Source: an uncultured Planctomycetota bacterium | GTDB lineage: Bacteria; Planctomycetota; Planctomycetia; Gemmatales; Gemmataceae | Direction: 5' to 3' | Assembly (NCBI GenBank): GCA_963849325.1 | Contig: CAWKHF010000004.1 | Coordinates: forward strand, 32,001 to 96,000 | DNA: 64,000 bases | Shown here: positions 43,499-52,333 of the stretch, in pieces | How positions within the stretch are numbered: position 1 is the first letter of the stretch | Layout: each line of letters starts with the position of its first letter | Position numbers and translations under genes: made by a program | Notes under the pieces: generated by a model | What the model was told of the DNA's origin: nothing | Seen by the model: only the letters and a program-made list of their open reading frames with translations | Databases searched by the model: none

Positions 43499-44233
43499 TC
43501 AATTCCGACGTTCCGGCTTCGTGGCAGTCACGAGACGAGTTGCTGCCCAGGGACCACCCCACCAAAACCGCCATCCCAGCCTCCTGCGGGTAACATCGTA
43601 AATGCCGATTTTGGCAAGCTGTGCCTGGTGATGCCGGGTGCCCCGAATGTCAGCGATCATCAGCCGACCGCCAGGACGTAGCACCCGCACCGCTTCGTCA
43701 ACTGCTTTCTCTCGGCCAGCACGTCCGCTGATGTTGTGGATGGCCAGACTGGAAACAACCACATCAAAACTGTTGTCTGCAAAGGGCAGCGATGTCATGT
43801 CGCCGGTGTGCAATTCGATACGATCAGCTACCCCCTCAGCGATGGCGTTGCGCCGGGTAGCCTCGGCAGAATTGCCGGACTGATCGACGCTTCGCCACAA
43901 GTCCACGCCCACTGCCCGGCCTGTCGTCAAGCGTTGAGCGGCCATTAGCAGCACCGCACCCCGGCCACATCCCAGGTCCAGTATTCGCTCGTCACCCCGA
44001 AGCCCCAGCTTGTCCAGCAATTCGGCCCAAACCATGAACTTGCCTCGAAGCGTGGTGTGAAGGTAGAAACTTTCGATGGTCAACAGGAATAGGACAGCCA
44101 GAAACGGCAGCAATCGGCCAGAGATAATTGCCATTACGAGGATAGCAACGGTCATGACTGCAATGGCAGCGGGCGCATAGGGAGCATCAATCCCATACGA
44201 ACCACGCCGTCGAGGTTGCACCTGTCCAGTCAT
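43499..44233 (-). CDS. Membrane-anchored SAM-dependent methyltransferase
   Basis: Two N-terminal hydrophobic helices; ILDLGCGRG; VLRPGG. Confidence 0.88.
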   Translation of the reverse strand: MTGQVQPRRRGSYGIDAPYAPAAIAVMTVAILVMAIISGRLLPFLAVLFLLTIESFYLHTTLRGKFMVWAELLDKLGLRGDERILDLGCGRGAVLLMAAQRLTTGRAVGVDLWRSVDQSGNSAEATRRNAIAEGVADRIELHTGDMTSLPFADNSFDVVVSSLAIHNISGRAGREKAVDEAVRVLRPGGRLMIADIRGTRHHQAQLAKIGIYDVTRRRLGWRFWWGGPWAATRLVTATKPERRN

Positions 44234-44280
44234 CGGGGTGTCTTCTTTCCGTTCTGAGAATCCTCGCCATCGCATTCCCA

Positions 44281-44753
44281 TCAGTGACCTGACAACTTGA
44301 TCTCGATGCCATATCGAGCGCAGCGGCCAGCAGCTTCTCGATCTCGTCCTTCGTGGACGGGGCGGCAGTCGTAGCGCCTGGCGGGACAGGGACGCCGACC
44401 TCGAAGAACATCTTTTCCAGCCCGGCAGGGGCGACGGAGATCAGCATTCGGGCGGGTTTGCCGCTCTCGTTCTTGAACGAGTGTAGCGTGCCGACAGGCA
44501 TGTTGGCGAACATCCCGGCATTGGCAACGAGCCGTTGGTCGCCAAGCGTGAGGGTGATCTCGCCTTCGAGGACGTAGAAGCCTTCTTCCTCCCGGCTGTG
44601 GACGTGCGGGGGTGGCCCACCGCCCGGAGGCACGACTGCTTCCCACATGGCGTACTTGCCGTTGGTGTCCTCGCCGGTGGCCAGGAAGCGGTACACATCA
44701 CCGACGACGGCGATGGTGCGCCCTTCGGCGGGCTTGCGGGTCGTCGGGTTCAT
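44281..44753 (-). CDS. Cupin (quercetinase-like) protein (frameshift near 44320)
   Basis: PPPHVHSREEEGFYVLEG, HSFKN; alternative frame ends YGIEIK. Confidence 0.82.
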
Positions 44754-44769
44754 TCGGTTCTCACTCCTC

Positions 44770-45099
44770 TCACTTCACAGGCAACTTCCCGACGAACTTC
44801 ACGGCCCGCCCAATCCAGCCGCTCAACTGCTCGTCGCCCTCGACGCCTTCCGGGGCGACCAGCACCCAGCCCTTCATCGACCTCCCGGTGATGTCGAACT
44901 TCTTGACGTGCGGCTCAGGTAGCGCCTCCTCAGCCTGCTCCGGGCCGAGCCGGACACAGAGGGAGTCCTTCCAGACTCCCACCAGCAGGTTGCCGTTCAG
45001 CAGGAAGCCGACCCCGCCAAACATCTTCTTTTCCTCGACGTTCTTGCGCCGGGCCAGTGCGTTGCGGATGCGTTCGGCAAGGGCTTCGCTGAAGGCCAT
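44770..45099 (-). CDS. TfoX N-terminal domain protein
   Basis: EKKMFGGVGFLLNG, GRSMKGWV. Confidence 0.85.
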   Translation of the reverse strand: MAFSEALAERIRNALARRKNVEEKKMFGGVGFLLNGNLLVGVWKDSLCVRLGPEQAEEALPEPHVKKFDITGRSMKGWVLVAPEGVEGDEQLSGWIGRAVKFVGKLPVK

Positions 45100-45149
45100 G
45101 AGCAGTCTCCGGGGCAGCCTGGCGGTCACGCACCGAGTATTTTAGCTGG

Positions 45150-45440
45150 ATGCCGAAGAAGGGCCGCAAACCGGGGTCGAAACCGCCTGGCGACCGCTGG
45201 TTCGTCTACCTGCTTCGGTGCGCCGACGGCACGCTCTACACGGGCATCGCCAAGGACGTGAGCCGCCGCTGCCAGCAGCACAGCGCCGGGACCGCCTCCC
45301 GGTACACCCGCAGCCGCCTGCCGGTCGTGGTGGTTTACCAGGAAGACCACGCCAGCCGAAGCCTGGCCTTGAGGCGGGAGGCAGCGATCAAGGCGCTGAC
45401 CCGGCGGCAGAAGTTGTCGCTGATTCGGCTGGCCGGGTGA
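45150..45440 (+). CDS. GIY-YIG nuclease (YhbQ/UPF0213-like)
   Basis: FVYLLRCADGTLYTG, H..G, YTRSR, EAAIK. Confidence 0.88.
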   Translation: MPKKGRKPGSKPPGDRWFVYLLRCADGTLYTGIAKDVSRRCQQHSAGTASRYTRSRLPVVVVYQEDHASRSLALRREAAIKALTRRQKLSLIRLAG

Positions 45441-45472
45441 GGACGATCTGTTCAACGCAAGGGGTAAACGGC

Positions 45473-45991
45473 ATGACCGCCGACGAGATTGCTGCCGCCG
45501 TTGGCAGGGAGGCGGCGAACGAGTTGACCAGCGCCCTGGCCAAGATCAAGCACTGCCTGGGCCAGTTGACCGACGAGCAGGTGTGGTGGCGGTCCCGGCC
45601 CTCGCTCAACAGCGTCGGCAACCTGATCCTGCACCTGTGCGGCAACCTGCGCCAGTGGATCGTGGCCGGGCTGGGTGAAGCGGCGGACAGTCGGGACCGG
45701 CCCGCCGAGTTCTCCGAGCTTGGCCCGATCCCCAAGGACGAGTTGCTGCTCAAGCTGGCGGACGTGGTGGACGAGGCCAGGGCAGTGCTGGCACGACAGA
45801 CGGCCCGCCAACTTCTGGAGGCCCGGCGCATCCAGGGCTTCGACGTAACAGGGCTGGCGGCAATCTTCGACAGTGTGCCCCACTTCCGGGGTCACACGCA
45901 AGAGATCGTCAGCCTAACCCGGTTGCAGTTGGGGGATGCGTACAGGTTCGCCTGGGCACCGACCACGCCGGAGCAACGTGCCCCATCGTGA
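45473..45991 (+). CDS. DinB/DUF1572-like protein
   Basis: NSVGNLILHLCGN, RDRPAEF, HFRGH. Confidence 0.8.
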   Translation: MTADEIAAAVGREAANELTSALAKIKHCLGQLTDEQVWWRSRPSLNSVGNLILHLCGNLRQWIVAGLGEAADSRDRPAEFSELGPIPKDELLLKLADVVDEARAVLARQTARQLLEARRIQGFDVTGLAAIFDSVPHFRGHTQEIVSLTRLQLGDAYRFAWAPTTPEQRAPS

Positions 45992-46017
45992 AGGCTTGCA
46001 GGGAGAGGCAGGTGGCC

Positions 46018-46197
46018 ATGACCCATTCGTTGTGCGAGACATGCGCCTGGATGCGAGAGGTCGTCACGCCGAAGGGATCACGCTTTCTGCTCTGTCAGTT
46101 GTCCAAGACGGACCCGGCTTACCCGAAGTACCCGCCGCAGCCCGTGGTCCGGTGCGACGGCTACCAGAAGCAGGAACCGGGAGGTGTTGAGCGATGA
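46018..46197 (+). CDS. Small Cys-rich protein
   Basis: LCETC, GSRFLLC, KYPPQPV..C. Confidence 0.65.
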   Translation: MTHSLCETCAWMREVVTPKGSRFLLCQLSKTDPAYPKYPPQPVVRCDGYQKQEPGGVER

Positions 46198-46948
46198 CGC
46201 AGCGAAAGGAAAAGGCCGTCCTGTTCCTCTGCACCGGCAACTACTACCGCAGCCGGTTTGCCGAAGTCCTGTTCAACTCGGTGGCCGGGAAGATGGACCT
46301 GTCCTGGCGGGCGTCGTCCAGGGGCCTCGCCCTGGAGCGGGGCGTGAACAACGTCGGCCCGATGGCGGCGGCTGCCGTCAAAGCCCTCGAAGCCCGTGGA
46401 CTTCGTGCCGTCGCTGATTGTGCCCGCCTCCCGGCGCAGGTGACGGCGGACGATCTCGAAAGAGCGGCGTGGATCGTCGCTCTGAAGCAGGCCGAACACC
46501 TGCCGCTGTTGCAAGAGCGTTTTCCGGCCTGGGCCGAGAAGGTCGAATTCTGGCAGGTGGACGATGCGCAGGAGGCGCTGGCCCTGATCGAGCATGAGGT
46601 CATGGACCTGGCGGCTCGCTTGATCGTGGGCGGCAGAAAACGAGTAGCGCCGCCACCCAAAATCGCCGTCGAGCCTCCCGTGACGAAGAAGGAAATCACC
46701 AGAACAGCGCCCCCGTGGTCCGGCTGGGCCGGGAGACGAAGGGCAGACGGGGCAAGGGCGTGACCACTGTATCCGATGTTCCGCTCGATGAAGCGGGCCT
46801 GCTCCAACTCGCCACGAAGCTGAAGGATCGCTGTGGCACTGGCGGGACGGTCAAGGATGGCGTCATCGAGATTCAAGGCGACAAGCGTGACCGGCTGGCG
46901 GCGGTGCTGGAAGGCATGGGTTATCGGGTGAAGCGGGTCGGAGGCTGA
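46194..46948 (+). CDS. Low-MW protein-tyrosine-phosphatase family domain followed by a SUI1/YciH domain (probable fusion across a frameshift near 46712)
   Basis: VLFLCTGNYYRS P-loop, ASSRG; then RETKGRRGKGVT, CGTGGTVKDGVIEIQGD. Confidence 0.7.
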
Positions 46949-46949
46949 G

Positions 46950-47528
46950 ATGGTCCGCTGTCCGTGGGCGAAAACCGAATTGTACGTCCAGTACCATGAC
47001 ATCGAATGGGGCGTGCCGGTCCACGACGACCGACTGCTGTTCGAGTTCCTGATCCTTGAAGGAGCGCAGGCGGGCCTGAGTTGGGAAACGATCCTCAAGA
47101 AACGAGAGAACTACCGGCGAGCCTTCGACAACTTCGATCCTGCCATCGTCGCCAAATATGGCCAGAAGAAGCGCAAGAGCTTGCTGGCAGATGCCGGGAT
47201 CGTCCGCAACCGGCTGAAGATCGAAGCGGCCATCCAAAATGCGAAGGCATTCCTGGCCGTGCAGGACGTAATCGGCACGTTTGACGAGTACATTTGGGGA
47301 TTCGTGGGCCACGAGCCGAAGCAAAACACCTGGAGGTCAATCAAGGAAGTCCCAGCGAAGACCCCGGAATCGGATGCCATGAGCAAGGACTTGAAACGGC
47401 GAGGTTTCAAGTTTGTGGGCAGCACGATTTGCTACGCCTTTATGCAAGCCGTGGGGATGGTGAACGATCATCTGGTCGATTGTTTCCGGCATGGTGAACT
47501 GCAAAAGGCGGGCAAGGGCAGACGATGA
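46950..47528 (+). CDS. tag: DNA-3-methyladenine glycosylase I
   Basis: RCPW, YHD.EWG, EGAQAGLSW, GIVRN, FVGSTI.YAFMQA.G.VNDH...C. Confidence 0.95.
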   Translation: MVRCPWAKTELYVQYHDIEWGVPVHDDRLLFEFLILEGAQAGLSWETILKKRENYRRAFDNFDPAIVAKYGQKKRKSLLADAGIVRNRLKIEAAIQNAKAFLAVQDVIGTFDEYIWGFVGHEPKQNTWRSIKEVPAKTPESDAMSKDLKRRGFKFVGSTICYAFMQAVGMVNDHLVDCFRHGELQKAGKGRR

Positions 47529-47707
47529 CCGACGAGGCCAGCTACACCTGCGATGCGTGCGGTGAGGAGATCGTGGTGCCCATCGACCTGTCGGCAGGGA
47601 CGAGCCAGGAGTACGTCGAGGATTGTCCGGTGTGCTGCCGCCCGAACGTCATTCACGTCGAGGTTGACGAGGACGGCGACGTGCGGGTGTGGGCGGAAAG
47701 GGAGTAG
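47525..47707 (+). CDS. CPXCG-motif cysteine-rich protein
   Basis: CDACGE, YVEDCPVCCRP. Confidence 0.8.
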   Translation: MTDEASYTCDACGEEIVVPIDLSAGTSQEYVEDCPVCCRPNVIHVEVDEDGDVRVWAERE

Positions 47708-47708
47708 G

Positions 47709-47967
47709 ATGCTGCCGCTTTACCAAGACCCCTGGTTCACCTTCCGCTTTGCGGACGACCGTATCATCCCCCGGTTCCACTTGGAGGGCGTCGAGGCCGG
47801 GCGGAAAGTTTCGGTCTTCAGAGATCGACCCTGGCACCGGCGAGCGGCTGGGCCTGCTGGCGACGGCAACTGTCGGCGAAGGAGGTTGGGTTGAACTGGC
47901 CGAGCCGATTATCGTGCAGGCCGGGGATGCGTTCGTCGCCGTGCCGGAACCGCCTGGGGAGCAGTAA
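47709..47967 (+). CDS. Small hypothetical protein (frameshift near 47820)
   Basis: Two joined frames: DDRIIPRFHLEG / ATATVGEGGWV. Confidence 0.5.
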
Positions 47968-47975
47968 TCGGCGGT

Positions 47976-48227
47976 TTATTCCGGTTCACGGTGCAGCCGC
48001 AAACCGAGGTCGATAAGCCCTGCTGACTGCCGTTGGGCTTCGGCCTCCCTTCGGCAGCGGTCACAGATGATCCGACCCTCGACCTCCGCTGAGTGCTTCT
48101 CGCAGGCGGGTTTCAGGCACACGTCGCACTCCCGGTAGAGCCAGGTGTCCCGGTCCCTGGGGTCCACCTTCAAGACCGGCTGGAGTTTTCGGCTGCAACC
48201 ATCGACGCTGCACTTCACGAAGGGCAT
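47976..48227 (-). CDS. Small Cys-rich protein
   Basis: CSVDGC, CDVC...CEKH, CDRC. Confidence 0.6.
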   Translation of the reverse strand: MPFVKCSVDGCSRKLQPVLKVDPRDRDTWLYRECDVCLKPACEKHSAEVEGRIICDRCRREAEAQRQSAGLIDLGLRLHREPE

Positions 48228-48391
48228 GGCGATTCCCCTCCCGTACTCAGGCAGTTGGGGCAGTACCAGGGGGCGGGGGTCTTGACAGGTTTCGGGCTTC
48301 TCCTGCGGCACCTGGCGCACCGGAAGCGCTTGCCCTTGACGGCGGTTTTCGGGCGCACTTTCTTTCCAGTCCTGAGAATGGTCCTCGCCAT
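48215..48391 (-). CDS. Small basic zinc-ribbon-like protein
   Basis: GGAGG SD; CARC, CPNC. Confidence 0.5.
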   Translation of the reverse strand: MARTILRTGKKVRPKTAVKGKRFRCARCRRRSPKPVKTPAPWYCPNCLSTGGESPCPS

Positions 48392-48475
48392 CGGAGCCTC
48401 CACACGCATTTTATCAGAACGGTGGAGCTACCTGAGAACCCTGCCCGGCTCTCCCGAACCGGGCAGGTTCGCTCA

Positions 48476-48678
48476 TCACTCCCTGAAAGTAGTGGTGGCG
48501 GTTCACGCCGTCAAAAGCAGCCGGTGTTGCGGCAGCACGTCTTGAACCGCTTGCCAGACCCACACGGGCAGAGGTCGTTCCTGCCCAGCTTCTCGGCCAG
48601 TTCCTTACTGCCGTGGACGACCCGGACGCCACGCTTCACCTGCGTCTCGGACGGGAACCCCTTGCGGCGTTTGCTCAT
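48476..48678 (-). CDS. SEC-C motif protein (homopolymer frameshifts near the 3' end)
   Basis: [19 protein letters not shown]. Confidence 0.75.
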
Positions 48679-48879
48679 CGGCTCGAAAAAAACGGCTGGT
48701 GGTCGAGGTCTTGCTGGTCCATGATCCACCGCCTTCTTGTGTAAAATAGGCGACAGCACCCCACCTTGAGACGGCGGGGCTGGCGAGAGGGTTCGCTGCT
48801 CGCCGTGAGCGGCCAAGCATCGACGGTGCGCCAACGGCCCGGAGTGGCGGTGCCCCAGGTTCGTGCGGAGGACTCGGAC

Positions 48880-50270
48880 ATGCCGACCGATCCGATCAAG
48901 CATGTAGTGGTCTTGATGCTGGAGAACCACTCCTTCGATCAAATGCTGGGGTCGTTCCGGTCGGTATTCCCGGACCTCGAAGGCGTCGATCCCGCCCGCC
49001 CTGGCAGCAACCGGGACAAGGACGGGACGGCGTACCCCCAGGCGGTGACGACGGCGACCTCCGTGCTGCACGACCCCATGCACGAACTGGCGAACGTGCT
49101 GCACCAACTCGAAGGCGACAACGGCAACTTCGTGCTGGACTACTCCGAGGCGTACCCCGGCACGACCCCGGACGAGCGCCAGCAGATCATGGGCTACTTT
49201 CGCCCGGCTCGCTCCCCGCCCTTCACGAACTGGCCAGGCACTTCACGGTCTGCGACCACTGGTACTCCTCGGTCCCAGGGCCGACCTGGGCGAATCGCTT
49301 TTTCGTTCACAGCGGCACGTCCCTGGGCCGGGTGCAGATGCCCGAAGACCTGAACGACAGCCTGCGCCACCCCGGTCTTTACTTCGGGTACGATCAAGAC
49401 ACGATCTACGACCGGCTGAACGAGCGGGGCGTGCCCTGGCGAATTTACCACGGTGACATTCCCCAATCCCTGGTCCTGACCCACCAGCGCACTGTCCAGA
49501 ACGCCCGGCGGTACGAGTTCATGGACGTGTTCTTCAGCGATGCCAGGGGCCAGGAGGAGCAATTCCCGGCCTTCTCCTTCATCGAACCGTGCTACTACTG
49601 GCCCGGCCAGAACGACGACCACCCGCCGCACGCCACGTTGCGTGCCCAGGCCCTCCTGGGCAGCGTGTACAACGCCTTGCGCCAGAACGACCGGCTCTGG
49701 AATTCGACGCTGCTCGTGGCGCTGTACGACGAGCATGGCGGCTTCTACGATCATGTGCTGCCTCCTGCCGCTGTGCCTCCTGACGGTCACTCTCTACCGA
49801 ACTTCGGCTTCGACCGGCTCGGCGTCCGGGTGCCAGCCCTGCTTGTCTCGCCCTGGGTCGAGCAGACGGTCATCAAGACCGAGTTCGACCACACCAGCCT
49901 GCTCAAGTACCTGACGGAGAAGTGGGGCCTCGGCCCGCTGACGGAACGAGTAGCGAGGGCGCAGAGTTTCGGCTCGGCCCTTCGGACAACAGGCCAACCT
50001 CGAACGGACACGCCGAGTTCCGTGTCCCTTCCAGTGACGGCGGCTGCGCCGGAGGCGATGACGGCAGGCGGGCCGGGCGAGCCGCTGAATGGGCACCAGA
50101 AGGCGCTGATTGCTTTCAGCGAGTATCTGGAGCGGGAGATCGAGGAGCCGGTCGGCAAGCCCGCACGGGCGGCGGCGATGATGGCCGGGCCACCGTCGCA
50201 GGTCGAAACTGCCAAGAGCCGGGTCGAAATGTTCCTGGCCCAGCAGAAGGCGAAGGCTGGCGGCGGGTAG
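48880..50270 (+). CDS. Phosphoesterase (phospholipase C/acid phosphatase family; frameshift near 49205)
   Basis: [48 protein letters not shown]. Confidence 0.9.
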
Positions 50271-50362
50271 AGTTCACCGGGCATGACGAGGGGCGACAAG
50301 GCGCTGGTGACACCGGCCCGTGGCTGCGGAGGAAGCCCAAGTTCTCGCATTTGATGGGGCAG

Positions 50363-50785
50363 ATGATGAGCGAATTTGTCTTTCGGGAGTGCCGCTCCGA
50401 AGACGTGGGGGCGGTTCTCCAACTGTGGCAACAGGCCGAGGCCACACCCGGCGTCACGGACACCGCCGACGACCTGCGGCGAGCGGTTGCCGAAGGCCCC
50501 GCCGTCGTACTCGTGGCCGAGGTCCAGGGGCGAGTCGTTGGCTCGATCATCGGGACGTTTGACGGCTGGCGGGGCAACATCTACCGGCTGGCCGCCCATC
50601 CCGATTACCGGCGGCAGGGCGTTGCCCGTGCGCTGGTGGCCGAGGTTGAGAAGAGACTGGCGCAGCAAGGGGCCAAGCGCATCACGGCGCTGGTGGAGAA
50701 GGACCACCCGTGGGCCATGACCTTTTGGGAGGCGGTCGGGTATCCGGTGGACGAGCGGATCGTCCGGCGTGTCCGCAACCTCTGA
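50363..50785 (+). CDS. GNAT acetyltransferase
   Basis: FDGWRG.IYRLA.HPDYRRQGVA, FWEAVGY. Confidence 0.88.
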   Translation: MMSEFVFRECRSEDVGAVLQLWQQAEATPGVTDTADDLRRAVAEGPAVVLVAEVQGRVVGSIIGTFDGWRGNIYRLAAHPDYRRQGVARALVAEVEKRLAQQGAKRITALVEKDHPWAMTFWEAVGYPVDERIVRRVRNL

Positions 50786-50800
50786 AACGTGCTGGGTGCC

Positions 50801-51243
50801 ATGAAACTCGTGTTCTGTTCCGACCCGTCAAACCCCCGGCATCCCGACGAGGCGTATCAGGCCGAGGCCGCCGCCGCCGAACGCCTCGGCATTCCGTTCA
50901 CCTTGGTCGATCACGATGCGCTGGCCCACGACAACGACCCGATCAAGGCCGTCCGCCGGGTGCCGCACCAGCCTCAACCCGACCTCGCATTGTACCGGGG
51001 CTGGATGCTGACGCCGGACCAGTACCGGCTCTTGTACGAGGCGCTGGAGGCGAAAGGGCTGCGGCTCCTCAACGACCCCACCGCCTACCGGCACTGCCAC
51101 TACCTGCCCGAATCGTACCCGGTCATCAAGGCGCACACGCCCCGGTCGGTCTGGATCAAGACGAAGGGCGACGTTTCGACCGACGAGATCATGGGCCTGC
51201 TGCGCCCGTTCGGGTCGGCCCCGGTCGTGGTGAAGGATTACGT
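50801..51243 (+). pseudogene. ATP-grasp-like protein, 3'-truncated
   Basis: YRGWML, CHYLPESY, TPRSVW, VVKDYV, then an abrupt switch. Confidence 0.65.
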
Positions 51244-51668
51244 CGCAGCAGTCCGTCTACCCCATCGCCCGCAGGATGGGCGTGCCGATCACGCTGCCGC
51301 CGGTGTCTCCACAGCCGCACACCCACCTGGCCTTCGAGGGCTACCAGTACGCCAGGGAAAACGGCAAGGGCAACGACTACAACCACCGAGTCCTGAAGGC
51401 GTTCTTCGTCGAGGGACAGGACATCGGCCAGATCGACGTGCTGACGAAGCTGGCGGGCGAGGTCGGCCTGAACGAGCAGGGGTTCGAGGAAGCGCTGCGG
51501 ACCCGGAAATATCGAGAGGTCCATCAGCGAGCATTGCGCCACGCCTACTCGGAGGCGGGCGTCACCGGGGTGCCGATGTTCGTGATCGGCAGTCAGGTCT
51601 TGACCGGCTTGCAGAACCGGGAGACGCTGGAGGCTGTGATCGAGGAGGAGAAGCCACCGCCTCGGTGA
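51244..51668 (+). pseudogene. DsbA/FrnE-like oxidoreductase, 5'-truncated (no CxxC)
   Basis: PQPHTHLAFEGYQYA, AFFVEGQDIG, GVTGVPMFVIG. Confidence 0.7.
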
Positions 51669-51758
51669 AAGACGAGCGGACGATGCTGCCAGCCCCACCC
51701 TTCTGCCGACGACTTCCGGGTACGGCTCGAAAACCAGAGGCCAGCAGATAAATACGGT

Positions 51759-51995
51759 ATGCAATCGTTCCATCACTTCACGGAGGCCAAGGATTCGAGA
51801 AATAAAGTCAAGGCGATCACCGATCTCGTGGACGCCTTGAAGGGTGTTCTCGACCATTACGACATTGCCACACGCCGGGTCATCTGGAAGCGCCTCACCA
51901 CGGCGAAGGGACACGAGTTGATCGAGAAGCTGCTGCGTAATCCCCGGACATACCTTTCCAAGAGCGAATTGCGGAAGTTGGTCGAAAGCGGCTGA
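51759..51995 (+). CDS. Small hypothetical protein
   Basis: Natural helical composition; ATAAATA 4 nt upstream of the ATG; no SD. Confidence 0.55.
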   Translation: MQSFHHFTEAKDSRNKVKAITDLVDALKGVLDHYDIATRRVIWKRLTTAKGHELIEKLLRNPRTYLSKSELRKLVESG

Positions 51996-52023
51996 AACCG
52001 AAGCAGTAGAAGGCCGGTGTGCG

Positions 52024-52287
52024 ATGGCAAAGAAGGGCATCAGCAAGGCGAGGGCGATCCAGAACGCCCTGGCACGCCTGGGAATGCAGACCAGCCCCGA
52101 ACAGGTCGTCGCTGCCCTTGCGGAATTCGGGATCGACGTGAACGAAGGGCTGGTGCGACAGGTCAAGGTGGACATGCTGAAGCAAGCTGCCAAGGCCGAA
52201 CGGCAACAGGTGAGGACTCCGCAGGTCGAGCGGCCCCAAGTGCGGTGTCCTCCGAAGGTGCCGCCTCGACGGAGCTTTCGGTCGTGA
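52024..52287 (+). CDS. Small basic hypothetical protein (possibly DNA-binding)
   Basis: ISKARAIQNAL...PEQVVAAL..FGIDV...LV.QVK. Confidence 0.55.
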   Translation: MAKKGISKARAIQNALARLGMQTSPEQVVAALAEFGIDVNEGLVRQVKVDMLKQAAKAERQQVRTPQVERPQVRCPPKVPPRRSFRS

Positions 52288-52333
52288 ACAGGCAAGGGGA
52301 GCCTCGTTGCGCACAATCTCCCCGCCCTCATCC

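Noticed and set aside
45150-45440. GIY-YIG as a homing or defence nuclease
   Set aside because: Stand-alone ~96-aa YhbQ-like type with no intron or methyltransferase context.
50789-51751. 320-aa ORF as a real ATP-grasp fusion protein
   Set aside because: The second half is the DsbA-like fragment read out of frame.
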